Shown: positions 52,999 to 63,434, numbered from the stretch's first letter. The stretch is DNA of 64,000 nt from Gaiellales bacterium (GCA_038911065.1 JBCKBR010000001.1:6013-70012); one strand, 5' to 3'. Numbers and translations: made by a program. The notes: generated by a model not told the origin, from the letters alone.

Positions 52999-55053
52999 GT
53001 GGTCGTCTCAGCGACTGTCCGCATCATCCTCAACCGGAATGCGCCGGGACCATGGATATTCGTTGACGAGATGATCTACTCGGAATTGGCGCGCTCCGCG
53101 TTTGGGGGCACGAGTATTCGCGGATTACCCGTTTCGGGTTACGGGTCGGTCTACCCGGTTCTGATCGCGCCGTCATACGCGCTGTTTCAGAACCTGCTCG
53201 ATGCCTATGCGGCGGTCAAGGCAACGAATGCGCTTGTCATGTCGTTGACAGCGGTACCGGTGTATTTCATCGCGCGCACGCTGATGTCTAGGCCATGGGC
53301 GCTCACCGCCGCTGCTCTGGCGATACTCGTACCGGCCATGGCATACACCGGCGTGGTGATGACAGAGAGTGCGTTCTATCCTGCGTTTGCGCTGGCGATG
53401 CTGATGGTGGTACTCGCACTCACCAAACCGACGGTCCTACGCCAACTAGCGGTTATCGCTGCGGCCGCTTTGTGTTTTGAAATCCGCCCGCAAGGCGTCG
53501 TCGTCATCCCGGCGTTCGTTGTCTCCGCTTTGTTACTCATCCTGCTCGACAGTCAGGCAGCAGATTCGGGCAGCCGGGCACGCGAGCTCGGCCGCGGACT
53601 GCTTCGCTTCCTGCCGGCTTGGTTGCTAGTTGTGGGTGGGTCGATCGCCCTTATTGCCATTCAGACGTCGCGTGGGCAATCGCTTGGGAGCCTGCTCGGC
53701 GCATACAGCACCACGACGGAAATGCAGGATCGGTATCAGATTCGGCCCATCATCACCTGGTTCGTGCTCCACATTGCGGAACTCGACCTCTGGCTCGGGA
53801 TCCTGCCCGTGCTGGCTCTGCTTGTCCTGATTGGGCGGGCGCTATGCCGTACGGATGAACGTCCACTGCGCGTCTTCGTTGCTGCTGCGGTTCCTGTCAT
53901 GCTCCTGATGACATTGCTTGTATCCGCATTCGTGGTGTTTGCCAATGTCGGCCGCATTGAGGAACGCAACCTTTTCTACGTCGGCTTGTTCGCTTTGATC
54001 GCACTCTGTTGGTGGGCCTCGGTAGGTCTGGAGCGTCAACCTAGGTGGTTCAGCATCGCGCTTGTTGGCGTCTGCATGGCACCGGTAGCACTTCCCTATA
54101 TCGCGCTGATCAATGCGACAGTGGTGTCGGATACTTTTGGCCTGTACCTTCCTTGGGCGATCCAGAATCGTCTCCAAGAAGGCATGTTGACGTCATTCGC
54201 TGTCATCGTGGGCGGCCTCGCAATGGCAACGGTTGCGGTGTTGGTCCGGCCTCGTTTTGCCGTCGTGCCGGTAATCGCAGTCGTTGCATTCTTCCTTGTG
54301 TCAAGCGCGGCTGTGGACTTGCGCACCGACAAGGCCTCTGCGGGAGCGCTGGCGCAGGGGATCTCGGGGAGTCGCGACTGGATTGACGTCGCCGTGGGCT
54401 CGCATGCCGAAGTGGCGGTGCTCTATCCGGGAATGCTGGAGCCACTTCGGGTATGGCAGAACGAGTTCTTCAACCGCTCCGTCGGGCCGGTATACGCGAT
54501 TGGCGTGCCTCTGCCGGGCGGACTTCCGGAAACGGTTGTGAACGTGGCGGCAGATGGCAGTGTTCTCAACCGGCCTGGCTTCCAGATTAAGGCCGACTTC
54601 GTGCTTGTCGACTCTTCAACGAAAGTGGTTGGCCAGACTGTTGCAGCGGATACGGGTGCGGGTATGAGCGTGGTGCGTGTGGCCAAGCCGCTGCGGTTGC
54701 TGGAGGTCACGACGGGGATCTACTCCGACGGCTGGACTGGATCGGATGTCATTTACACGCGTTACGGGTGCGTGGGGGGGACCGTCTCCGTGGGGGTACG
54801 TCTCGATGCATACCTCCACTCGGGACCCGTGACGGTCACGCCATCGGTCGCAGACACTCCGGAAGCAGCGGTTGTCGTGACTCCCGATGGAAAGGCAGCG
54901 ACGATCACTTCGATTCTCATTCCGGAACAAGGCGTGTGTCAGGTGCACTATGTGGTGTCGCCGACGGCCGTACCGGCTGAGGTTTTGGGTAACACAGACC
55001 CACGGGCGCTCGGTGTACTCATGGGCGAGTTCTCCTACACCCCGCCCACGTAG
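52999..55053 (+). CDS. ArnT/PMT-like GT-C membrane glycosyltransferase with a C-terminal extracytoplasmic domain (paralogue 2); true start probably upstream
   Basis: Loop-1 motif VDEMIYSELARSA, many TM segments, and C-terminal motifs shared with paralogue 1 (W..EFFNR, DGWT, DPR.LGV). GTG 52999 would cut TM1 in half. Confidence 0.7.
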   Translation: MVVSATVRIILNRNAPGPWIFVDEMIYSELARSAFGGTSIRGLPVSGYGSVYPVLIAPSYALFQNLLDAYAAVKATNALVMSLTAVPVYFIARTLMSRPWALTAAALAILVPAMAYTGVVMTESAFYPAFALAMLMVVLALTKPTVLRQLAVIAAAALCFEIRPQGVVVIPAFVVSALLLILLDSQAADSGSRARELGRGLLRFLPAWLLVVGGSIALIAIQTSRGQSLGSLLGAYSTTTEMQDRYQIRPIITWFVLHIAELDLWLGILPVLALLVLIGRALCRTDERPLRVFVAAAVPVMLLMTLLVSAFVVFANVGRIEERNLFYVGLFALIALCWWASVGLERQPRWFSIALVGVCMAPVALPYIALINATVVSDTFGLYLPWAIQNRLQEGMLTSFAVIVGGLAMATVAVLVRPRFAVVPVIAVVAFFLVSSAAVDLRTDKASAGALAQGISGSRDWIDVAVGSHAEVAVLYPGMLEPLRVWQNEFFNRSVGPVYAIGVPLPGGLPETVVNVAADGSVLNRPGFQIKADFVLVDSSTKVVGQTVAADTGAGMSVVRVAKPLRLLEVTTGIYSDGWTGSDVIYTRYGCVGGTVSVGVRLDAYLHSGPVTVTPSVADTPEAAVVVTPDGKAATITSILIPEQGVCQVHYVVSPTAVPAEVLGNTDPRALGVLMGEFSYTPPT

Positions 55054-55058
55054 GGTAA

Positions 55059-56027
55059 CTACTGCGCCTTCGAGATTGCCTCGAGATCAGAATCAACCAT
55101 CATCTCGACGAGGCCGCGAAAATCAACGCTGGGCTCCCAACCGAGTTGTGCCTTGGCCTTGGACGGGTCGCCGATCAGGAGGTCGACTTCGGCGGGGCGG
55201 ATAAATTTCGGGTCGAGTTTGACGTGCTCTTCCCAATTCAGCCCAGCATGCCCGAAGGCGATCTCGACGAATTCTTGGACGGAGTGAGTCTCGCCCGTGG
55301 CGATCACGTAATCGTCGGGCTCGTCCTGTTGGAGCATCATCCACATGGCCTGTACGTAGTCGCCGGCGAAGCCCCAGTCACGCTGCGCATCGCGGTTGCC
55401 GAGGTGTAGTTCGGTGTCGAGGCCGAGTTTGATGCGCGCCACGCCATTCGAGATCTTGCGGGTCACGAACTCGAGGCCGCGGCGCGGTGACTCGTGGTTG
55501 AAGAGGATGCCCGACACCGCGAACATGTCGTAACTCTCGCGGTAGTTGACGGTGATGTAGTGCCCGTAGACCTTTGCGACGCCGTAGGGCGAGCGAGGGT
55601 AGAACGGTGTCACCTCGCTTTGGGGCACCTCAAGGACGCGGCCGTACATCTCGCTCGAAGACGCCTGATAGATCCGGGCATCCGATTTGACTGAGCGCAT
55701 CGCTTCGAGCAGGCGCGTCACTGCGATGCCGGTAAATTCGGCCGTCAGCACTGGCTGCTTCCAGGAGGTCGGTACAAACGATTGGGCGGCGAGGTTATAG
55801 ATCTCCGTCGGCTCGCTCTCCGAGATCGCGGACGCCAGCGACGACTGGTCGAGTAGATCGGCTTGGTGCAGGTGCAGGCGATCAACGATGTGGCTGATAC
55901 GTTCGCCACCTTCGGTCGACGAGCGGCGAACGACGCCATGAACCTCGTAGCCCTGCGCGAGCAGAAACTCGGCGAGGTAGGAGCCGTCTTGACCGGTGAT
56001 GCCGGTGATGAGTGCGCGCTTTGCCAC
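55059..56027 (-). CDS. gmd: GDP-mannose 4,6-dehydratase (canonical-looking paralogue)
   Basis: [37 protein letters not shown] and [11 protein letters not shown] motifs. Confidence 0.9.
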   Translation of the reverse strand: MAKRALITGITGQDGSYLAEFLLAQGYEVHGVVRRSSTEGGERISHIVDRLHLHQADLLDQSSLASAISESEPTEIYNLAAQSFVPTSWKQPVLTAEFTGIAVTRLLEAMRSVKSDARIYQASSSEMYGRVLEVPQSEVTPFYPRSPYGVAKVYGHYITVNYRESYDMFAVSGILFNHESPRRGLEFVTRKISNGVARIKLGLDTELHLGNRDAQRDWGFAGDYVQAMWMMLQQDEPDDYVIATGETHSVQEFVEIAFGHAGLNWEEHVKLDPKFIRPAEVDLLIGDPSKAKAQLGWEPSVDFRGLVEMMVDSDLEAISKAQ

Positions 56028-56196
56028 GATGACGAGACCCTCGCTTTCGCGGGTGGAGTGCAGCGAGGCTAGCGAATCGGGCTACGGGTCCGACGCACAA
56101 AGAGCTTGTGCCCGCACCTCCATTTGCTGCGGTCTCGCACCAACCCGCGCTACCCTACACCTCGGGACCAGCCCTTCCGGCTGGTGGGTGATCGTG

Positions 56197-57270
56197 ATGG
56201 CGAAGGTGCAAAAAGCGGAGGGCGCGCGCACGCTAGAGCCTGCGCATGCGCTGGCTTGCCTCGACAAGATGCTGCTGATTCGTCGTTTTGAGGAGCGCGC
56301 GGAGGAGCAGTACACGCGTGCCCGGATTGGCGGCTACTGCCATCTTTCGATTGGTGAGGAGGCGTCGAATGTTGGTGCGATCGATCCGCTCGGCGACAAC
56401 GATTACGTCTTTACGTCGTATCGCGACCATGGCACGGCATTGGCGGTCGGCTCGGATCCTGCGGCGGTGATGGCCGAGTTGTTTGGTCGCTCGACGGGGG
56501 TGTCGGGTGGGTATGGCGGGTCGATGCACCTGATGGATGTGGAGCGACGCTTCTTGGGTGGTTGGGGCATTGTGGGTGGCCATTTGCCGATTGCGATTGG
56601 GGCGGCGCTGGCGCTCGATTATCGCGATGAGGCGGGGGCGGTGCTCTGTCAACTTGGTGATGGTGCGACGAACACGGGCGCGTTTCATGAGGCGTTGAAT
56701 CTCGCCGTGGTCTGGAACTTGCCGATTGTCTTCCAGGTCATCAACAACCAGTACGGGATGGGCACGAGTGTCGAGCAGGCTTCGGCGGAGCCCGAGATCT
56801 ATAAGCGGGCTGCGGCGTATCGCATGCATGGCGAGCGCGTCGATGGCAATCATCTCGAGGAGGTCTGGTTTGCGGCCGATCGTCTGTTGCGGATCGCGCG
56901 CGACGAGCGCAAGCCGGCGCTGCTCGAGACGGTCACGTATCGTCATCGCGGCCATTCGGTCGCCGATGCGGGCAAGGTCTATCGCACGCCCGGGGAGATC
57001 GAGGCCTGGAAGCACCGCGATCCGATTGCCTATTACGCCGCCATCTTGATGGATCGGGGTGTGCTCGATGAGGCCGTCTTTGAGACGATGCGTAAGGCCG
57101 TTTCGCAGCGCGTGTCGGAGGCGATTTCTGAGGCTGCGAGTGCGCCGATTCCCGACGCGGATGGCCTCTATACGCATGTGTATGCGCCGGGTTGGGAAGA
57201 CCAGTTCGCGTCGATGTATGCCGCTGGCCCGTATGGCGAGCGAGAGGGGACGCGACAATGGCGGAAATGA
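56197..57270 (+). CDS. pdhA: 2-oxoacid (pyruvate-type) dehydrogenase E1 alpha subunit
   Basis: TPP motif GDGATNTGAFHEALNLAVVWNLPIVFQVINN. Start at MAKVQKAE (ATG 56197). Substrate specificity is not resolvable by eye. Confidence 0.8.
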   Translation: MAKVQKAEGARTLEPAHALACLDKMLLIRRFEERAEEQYTRARIGGYCHLSIGEEASNVGAIDPLGDNDYVFTSYRDHGTALAVGSDPAAVMAELFGRSTGVSGGYGGSMHLMDVERRFLGGWGIVGGHLPIAIGAALALDYRDEAGAVLCQLGDGATNTGAFHEALNLAVVWNLPIVFQVINNQYGMGTSVEQASAEPEIYKRAAAYRMHGERVDGNHLEEVWFAADRLLRIARDERKPALLETVTYRHRGHSVADAGKVYRTPGEIEAWKHRDPIAYYAAILMDRGVLDEAVFETMRKAVSQRVSEAISEAASAPIPDADGLYTHVYAPGWEDQFASMYAAGPYGEREGTRQWRK

Positions 57271-58259
57271 CCTATCGCGAGGCGCTGCGTCGCGCCCTCG
57301 ACGAAGAATTGGCGCGCGATCCGGACGTCTTCTTGATGGGCGAAGAGATCGGTCGTTTTGAGGGCTCGTACAAGGTCACGGCGGGTCTCTGGGCCAAGTA
57401 CGGCGGTAAGCGCGTGCGCGAGACACCGATCTCGGAAGAGGGCTTCGTCGGTGCGGGCATTGGCGCGGCGATGCTGGGCTTGCGTCCCGTTGTCGAGATC
57501 ATGACGATCAACTTCATCTTGCCGGCGATGGACATGGTTGTTAATCACGCCGCCAAGGTGCGCTCAATGTTTGGGGGCAAGGTCGGTGTACCGATGGTGA
57601 TCCGTGCGCCGGGTGGTGCGGGTTCGCAATTGACGGCGCAGCACTCGCAGAGTCTCGAGGTCTGGTTCGCGCACGTGCCGGGGTTGAAGGTCGTGGCGCC
57701 ATCGAACCCGTGGGACGCCTACGGCATGCTCAAGACGGCGATTCGCGACGACGATCCGGTGCTGTTTATTGAGAATCTCGTGCTCTATAACCTGACCGGC
57801 GAGGTGCCGGATGAGGGCACGGATGTGACGGTGCCGTTTGGTGTGGCGGCTGTGGCGCGTGAGGGCACGGACCTGACGATCATCGCGCACTCGTACACCG
57901 TGCGTCGTGCGCTGAATGTCGCCGATCGTTTGGCCCAGGAGGGCATCTCGGTCGAGGTGATCGATCTGCGCTCGTTGCGTCCGCTCGATATCGATACCTG
58001 TATTGCGAGTGTCAAGAAGACGACGCGGGCGATGGTTGCCGAGGAGGGTTGGGCGACGTATGGCATCGGTGCGGAGATCGCGGCGCGCCTGCATCGCGCC
58101 TGCTTCGACGAGCTCGACGCGCCCGTCGAACGCGTTGGTGGCGCCGAGGCGCCGATGCCCTACGCCAAGAACCTCGAGCTGGCGGCCTTGGCGCAAGAAG
58201 ACAAGATTGCGGCGGCAGCCCGCCGGCTATTGGCCGACTGCGGATTGTTGGAAGGGTAG
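57258..58259 (+). CDS. pdhB: 2-oxoacid dehydrogenase E1 beta subunit
   Basis: MAEMTYREALRRALDEEL N-terminus and a transketolase-like fold pattern. 13-nt overlap with E1 alpha. Confidence 0.85.
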   Translation: MAEMTYREALRRALDEELARDPDVFLMGEEIGRFEGSYKVTAGLWAKYGGKRVRETPISEEGFVGAGIGAAMLGLRPVVEIMTINFILPAMDMVVNHAAKVRSMFGGKVGVPMVIRAPGGAGSQLTAQHSQSLEVWFAHVPGLKVVAPSNPWDAYGMLKTAIRDDDPVLFIENLVLYNLTGEVPDEGTDVTVPFGVAAVAREGTDLTIIAHSYTVRRALNVADRLAQEGISVEVIDLRSLRPLDIDTCIASVKKTTRAMVAEEGWATYGIGAEIAARLHRACFDELDAPVERVGGAEAPMPYAKNLELAALAQEDKIAAAARRLLADCGLLEG

Positions 58260-58268
58260 GCTAGAGCG

Positions 58269-59525
58269 ATGGCCGACGAGCTCGTAATGCCCCGTTTGAG
58301 CGACACCATGGAGCGTGGCACGATCGCGCGCTGGATCAAGCAGGAGGGCGACGCCTTCACAAATGGCGATGTGCTCGCCGAGATCGAGACCGACAAGGCG
58401 CTGATGGAGTTGAGCGCCTACGACGATGGCGTGATCCTCAAGATTCTGGTGCCCGATGGTGGCGAAGCCGAGTTGGGTGCGCCGATTGCGATCACGGGCG
58501 CGGCGGGAGAGACCGTGCCGGCTGAGATGCTGCAGGCTGCGTCCGTGCCTGTCGTTGCGGCGCCCGAGGCGACGAGCGAGCAGCCCGCGGCTGCACCCGA
58601 CACAGCACCCGTTGCTGCCACGACTGAGGTACGCGCGAGCCCGATTGCCCGCAAGTTGGCGAGCGAGAACGGTATCGACTTGCGCGTTTTGGCGGGCAAG
58701 GGATCGGGGCCCGATGGACGCATCGTCAAGGTCGATGTCGAGCGGCTGCTTGGCAAGTTGGCGCCCGACGGCACGGCCGCACCCGTGGCAGCGTCAGCTG
58801 GTCCGACGGTGGCGGCGCCGAAGCACGTACCGTCCGCGATGGCGGGCGAGGTCCGCATCGAGCAGCCCTCGGCGATGCTCAAGGCGATCGCCCAGCGGAT
58901 GGGCGAGTCGAACGGGCCGGTCCCGCATTTTTATGTCGAGTCGCAGATCGATATGGAGAAGGCGCTGCAGTTGCGCAAAGATCTCAACGATGCCCTCGAG
59001 GTGAAGGTTTCTGTCACTGACATGATCCTGCGCGCCTCAGCACTCGCGCTACTCGACCATCCCGAGGTGCACCGCTCGTGGGTTGCCGAGGGCCTCGCCT
59101 ATCACGCGCACGCCAACATCGGCATCGCCGTCGCGCTCGACGAGGGCCTGATCGTGCCCGTTATCCGCCATGCAGACCAGAAGACCCTGGTCGAAATCGC
59201 GACCGAGAGCCAAGACCTCGCAACTCGCGCTCGTGCTGGGCGCCTCTTGCAGGCCGAGATCGAGGGCGGCACCTTCACCGTCTCGAACCTCGGCATGATG
59301 GGCGTCACGCGCTTTATGGCGATTATCAACCCGCCCGAACCAGCAATCCTCGCCGTCGGCGCCACCGTCGAGACGCCGGTCGTGCGCGACGGGGCGGTTG
59401 TGGTGCGGCCGATCATGATCGTGACGCTGTCCTGCGACCATCGTGCGACGAGTGGTGCGGGTGGCGCAGCATGGTTGCAGTCGTTCAAGCGCCGGCTCGA
59501 GCAGCCCGTGTTGTTGCTCGCCTGA
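58269..59525 (+). CDS. pdhC: Dihydrolipoamide acyltransferase E2
   Basis: Lipoyl-lysine motif EIETDKALMEL, a subunit-binding domain (ASPIARKLA) and the catalytic motif DHRATSGA. Confidence 0.85.
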   Translation: MADELVMPRLSDTMERGTIARWIKQEGDAFTNGDVLAEIETDKALMELSAYDDGVILKILVPDGGEAELGAPIAITGAAGETVPAEMLQAASVPVVAAPEATSEQPAAAPDTAPVAATTEVRASPIARKLASENGIDLRVLAGKGSGPDGRIVKVDVERLLGKLAPDGTAAPVAASAGPTVAAPKHVPSAMAGEVRIEQPSAMLKAIAQRMGESNGPVPHFYVESQIDMEKALQLRKDLNDALEVKVSVTDMILRASALALLDHPEVHRSWVAEGLAYHAHANIGIAVALDEGLIVPVIRHADQKTLVEIATESQDLATRARAGRLLQAEIEGGTFTVSNLGMMGVTRFMAIINPPEPAILAVGATVETPVVRDGAVVVRPIMIVTLSCDHRATSGAGGAAWLQSFKRRLEQPVLLLA

Positions 59526-59552
59526 GCCGACGCGTACCGCATCATGTGAGGG

Positions 59553-60692
59553 ATGCGCCTTGCCTGGGATGTCACACCACTGAGCGTGCCCGCGACGGGC
59601 ATTGGTCGGTATCTGATCGGCACGATTGATGCCACGGCGCGGGCTCGACCCGCGTGGGATGTGCAGGCGATCGCTGTTGCCGAGGCGGCGGGTGTCGTCG
59701 AGGTGCGTCGCCAGCTCGACGCCGCACCAAAAAACGTGGCGATCAACCCGACAGTGCGCAACCCGGCCTGGCTGACGCGCCGCCTAGCAGCCTCGGCTGG
59801 GATTCCGAAACTCGAGTCGTTTGTGGGTGGCCCAGTCGACGCCTTTATCGACTCGGAATGGTTTCGACCACGGCAGCGGGGCGGAGTACGGCTCGCAATT
59901 GTGTACGACCTCATTCCGTTGCTCTATCCCGAGTGGGTCTCATCGCGCACACGCAAGGCGCACTTGCGGGCGCTCAACGAGGTCAAGCACCGTGCCGACG
60001 ACATCATCGCGATCTCCGAGGCGACCAAGCGCGACCTTGTTGAGCAGCTTGGTGTTGCGCCGGGTCGCGTGTCGGTGGCGATGCCGGGCGTGGGGGCGGA
60101 GTACATCAATGCCACACCAAAGGCGCCTGCGATTGTGGCTGGTCGCCCGTACATCGTGGTGGTCGGCACGACGAATGCCCGCAAGAATCTCGTACGCATG
60201 CTCGAGGCATTCGCGTTGGTGGCGCGCGATCGCCGAGAGATCGACCTCGTCGTCGTTGGTGCGCCCGCTGCGGATGAGGCGGCGATTGCGGCCGAAGTTG
60301 CACGCCACGGCATCATTGATCGCGTGCACCGCTTGGGCTATGTCTCCGACACTGAGTTGGCTGGCATAGTGGCGGCCGCCGAATTGTTGGTGTTTCCGAG
60401 CCTGTACGAGGGTTTTGGAATGCCGGTAGTCGAGGCCATGGCTGCGGGCGTGCCGGTCGCAGCGAGCGCGCACAGCTCGCTCGACGAGGCCTGTGGCGAG
60501 GCTGCGGTGCGTTTCGACCCACTTGACCCACGGGCGATGGCGGTGGCGATCCAGAGTGTTCTTCGGCAGTCGCCGGAAGGACAGGTCGAGCGCGGGCGTG
60601 CGCACGCGGCGCGCTTCACGTGGGCTGCCGCTGGCGAGGCGATTGCCACAACGATCGAGGCAACGGTTGCCGGGCATGGTGGGCGGCCGTAG
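59553..60692 (+). CDS. Glycosyltransferase family 4 (tandem paralogue 1)
   Basis: MRLAWDVTPLSVPATGIGRY and EGFGMPVVEAMAAGVPV. Confidence 0.85.
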   Translation: MRLAWDVTPLSVPATGIGRYLIGTIDATARARPAWDVQAIAVAEAAGVVEVRRQLDAAPKNVAINPTVRNPAWLTRRLAASAGIPKLESFVGGPVDAFIDSEWFRPRQRGGVRLAIVYDLIPLLYPEWVSSRTRKAHLRALNEVKHRADDIIAISEATKRDLVEQLGVAPGRVSVAMPGVGAEYINATPKAPAIVAGRPYIVVVGTTNARKNLVRMLEAFALVARDRREIDLVVVGAPAADEAAIAAEVARHGIIDRVHRLGYVSDTELAGIVAAAELLVFPSLYEGFGMPVVEAMAAGVPVAASAHSSLDEACGEAAVRFDPLDPRAMAVAIQSVLRQSPEGQVERGRAHAARFTWAAAGEAIATTIEATVAGHGGRP

Positions 60693-61834
60693 TGCGGGTC
60701 GCCTGGGACCTCACGACGCTCTGCATGCCGGCGACAGGCATCGGGCGCTACACGCGCGAGACGCTGTACGCGACTGCGCGGGCCCGATCCGATTGGGAGT
60801 TTGTGGCCACCTCATTCGCGGGCGGCGAGGGCACGGCGCGACTCGAGGCCGCGCTTGGCGCGCTGCCGCCGAACGTCGATCATCGCCACATCAAGCTGCC
60901 GGGCGCGCGGTTTGTGCGGCGCGGACTTTCGGCATCGCCCGTGCCGATGCTCGAGCGCGTGACGGGCCCGGTTGACGCGTTTGTGGATTCCGAGTGGTGG
61001 CATCCCAAGCAGCGTCATGGCGTGCGCCTGTCGATCGTCTTCGACCTCATCCCCTTGTTGCATCCCGAGTGGGTCGACGAGCAGACGCGGCGCTTTCACC
61101 TGCGCACACTCACGAACCTGAAGCAGCGGGCAGATCGCGTGGTCTGCATCTCTGAGGCAACGGCGAACGACGTGGTCCGTGAAGTCGGTATCGAGCGCGA
61201 GCGGATCTCGATCGTCTATCCCGGTGTGGACGAGGCATTCTTCGACGCAAAGCCCGCGCCGCCGGCGATCCTCGGCGGTGCGCCGTACGTGCTCGCCGTG
61301 GGCACGCTCAACGAACGCAAGAACCTTGGCGTGCTGATTGATGCCTTCGCCGAGATCGCAGCCCAGCACCCCACACTGCACCTCGTGCTGGCGGGTGCGC
61401 CCGACCGCGACACGGATCGCATCCGGCAGCGTCTGCGCGAGCAAGGCGTGGAGCAACGCACGCTCCTACTCGGCTTCGTCCCCGACGAGCAACTGCCGGG
61501 CATTGTTGCGGCGGCCACGCTGTTCGTGTTTCCGAGCCTGTTTGAGGGGTACGGCATGCCCATCGTCGAGGCGATGGCTGTGGGAGTGCCCGTGATTGCC
61601 AGTAGCGACCCGTCGATCGATGAGGCGACGGGCGGGGTGGCGGTGCGTTTCGACCCGCGCGACAGCAGTGCACTCGCCGCCGCGATGCGGGGCGTGCTTG
61701 GGGCAGAGTCCGCGTGTGCGACCCTCATCACAGCCGGGCGCGCGTTTGCGCAGACGCGAAAGTGGCAGGCCGCGGGCACAGCGTTTGCGGGAGCAATCGA
61801 AGACACCATCGCCACGCGTCCGCGTTCCCTCTAG
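60692..61834 (+). CDS. Glycosyltransferase family 4 (tandem paralogue 2)
   Basis: VRVAWDLTTLCMPATGIGRY and EGYGMPIVEAMAVGVPV. GTG 60692 overlaps the upstream TAG by 1 nt. Confidence 0.85.
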   Translation: MRVAWDLTTLCMPATGIGRYTRETLYATARARSDWEFVATSFAGGEGTARLEAALGALPPNVDHRHIKLPGARFVRRGLSASPVPMLERVTGPVDAFVDSEWWHPKQRHGVRLSIVFDLIPLLHPEWVDEQTRRFHLRTLTNLKQRADRVVCISEATANDVVREVGIERERISIVYPGVDEAFFDAKPAPPAILGGAPYVLAVGTLNERKNLGVLIDAFAEIAAQHPTLHLVLAGAPDRDTDRIRQRLREQGVEQRTLLLGFVPDEQLPGIVAAATLFVFPSLFEGYGMPIVEAMAVGVPVIASSDPSIDEATGGVAVRFDPRDSSALAAAMRGVLGAESACATLITAGRAFAQTRKWQAAGTAFAGAIEDTIATRPRSL

Positions 61835-61843
61835 AGTTCCCCC

Positions 61844-62299
61844 ATGGACCTCGCCGAGATTATGGCTACGACGTTCGCGATCGTCTCGCCGAAGGCGACG
61901 CTTGCCGACGCGTCGCGTCGCATGATCGACGTCGACACGGGCGCCGCAGTCGTCATCGAAAACGATGCACTGGTTGGCATGGTGTCCGAGCGCGACCTGC
62001 TTCGCGTCTTTCGCGACGGCGGCTCTCCTGATCAGCTCGTCGAAGACCGCATGACACGCGACGTGTTGTCTGCCTCACCATCTACGGCAGTGCCCGAGGC
62101 GATGGCGATCATGGTTGACGGCAAGTTTCGACACCTGCCCGTCGTCAAGGATGGCCGTGTCGTCGGCATGATCTCGATGCGCGATCTAATGGCCTGGGCA
62201 TCGCTGACGATCCGCTCGGGCGGCCACGACGAGCTCGACGAGATTGATACCGCCGAACTACTCGCGACGATCAATCGGATGCGGACCGGGGCGGCGTAG
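61844..62299 (+). CDS. CBS-domain pair protein
   Basis: 151 aa with two CBS-like repeats (LVGMVSERDLLR, VVGMISMRDLM). Confidence 0.75.
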   Translation: MDLAEIMATTFAIVSPKATLADASRRMIDVDTGAAVVIENDALVGMVSERDLLRVFRDGGSPDQLVEDRMTRDVLSASPSTAVPEAMAIMVDGKFRHLPVVKDGRVVGMISMRDLMAWASLTIRSGGHDELDEIDTAELLATINRMRTGAA

Positions 62300-62360
62300 T
62301 TCGGCCCCGTTGCAGAAGGTGAACCTCACACCGTTTGTGGATGCCTCGCACGTGACGGTT

Positions 62361-63311
62361 CTACGTTGAGTCCTTCATGAGGTGCGTGATGCGCGCCGGT
62401 TGCGCGGCGAACATGTCACTTCCGATCTCCATGGTGCTGGATTCTAGATAGCCGGTAGTCCCGACGGGCCTGAATGTCTCGTAGCCATAGTCATTCAGGA
62501 ATGAGCCAATCTCCGTCCTCGGGGTGCCATATCGATTCTGGCTTTGTTCGTTCCACTCCAGTTGGATCAATTCAATTTGGCCCGATGCGAGAAGTGCGGC
62601 TGCTCCCTGGAGAACCATCAGTTCGGCTCCCTCAACATCAACCTTGAGTCCCTGGATCTTGCTCGTGACGACGTCATCAAGCACGACGGCTTCGACTAGA
62701 GAGTGCCCAGACTGCTCGTCCAAAGCAGCCTCCCCGACCAAATGATTCATTGAGTCAAATGCGTTTGTGAAGAACACCTGCTCGCGCTTATCGCTGAGAA
62801 CATTCTTCCTAACGGTCACTTGTGATTCGTAGCGGTTGATCCGCACGTTCGCGCGTAGTTCTTCGCTGGCAGCTTCGTTTGGTTCAAACGCGATCACTCG
62901 CGCACCAAGCTCGGCCGCAAGAATGCTGTACGCACCGACATTCGCGCCTGCATCGACGAACAACGAATCCTTCGTTAGGTGTCTGCGCCAGACCATCCAC
63001 TCCGACATATCCGGAGGGTTGGCATAGAGGCACATCATCGCACTCGTGTGGCGATAATTGGCACGGATGCGCGATTTTTGCCCAAGAGGTACGATGGTCG
63101 GCGATCCACCAAAACGCTGTCGAACGTGAGACAGCATCGCTGTGGAAAAGATCTTGGCGTGCGAAACATCTGCGTTTGCAGGGTGCTTTCGGATGTACGT
63201 GAGTACATCAAGGGCGTCGCGAAAACTGGAATGTCGAGGAAGAGACATACTGGTGCCAACGGTAGCGGCGTGGGCGGCGCTATACAGGCCAGACGAGCGA
63301 CCCGGTATCAT
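62361..63311 (-). CDS. FkbM-family methyltransferase
   Basis: FVDAGANVGAYSILAAELGARVIAFEPN and LKVDVEGAE motifs. Start at 63311 or ATG 63248. The region is low in G+C. Confidence 0.8.
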   Translation of the reverse strand: MIPGRSSGLYSAAHAATVGTSMSLPRHSSFRDALDVLTYIRKHPANADVSHAKIFSTAMLSHVRQRFGGSPTIVPLGQKSRIRANYRHTSAMMCLYANPPDMSEWMVWRRHLTKDSLFVDAGANVGAYSILAAELGARVIAFEPNEAASEELRANVRINRYESQVTVRKNVLSDKREQVFFTNAFDSMNHLVGEAALDEQSGHSLVEAVVLDDVVTSKIQGLKVDVEGAELMVLQGAAALLASGQIELIQLEWNEQSQNRYGTPRTEIGSFLNDYGYETFRPVGTTGYLESSTMEIGSDMFAAQPARITHLMKDST

Positions 63312-63434
63312 TCTCGTACTTGGTGAACAGAGTGGTTGAACGTGGGAAGTAGGGTGGCGGGCACATGCGAGGCACGGAGTTTAGATCGGGTACGGCTTGC
63401 TTTGAGAAACGTGTCATGACTGCGGCCTGAGTGA

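Noticed and set aside
55996-56196. N-terminal extension of the E1 alpha ORF overlapping the divergent gmd start
   Set aside because: The extension has no homology-like features and would overlap the gmd 5' end. The conserved E1 alpha sequence begins after ATG 56197.
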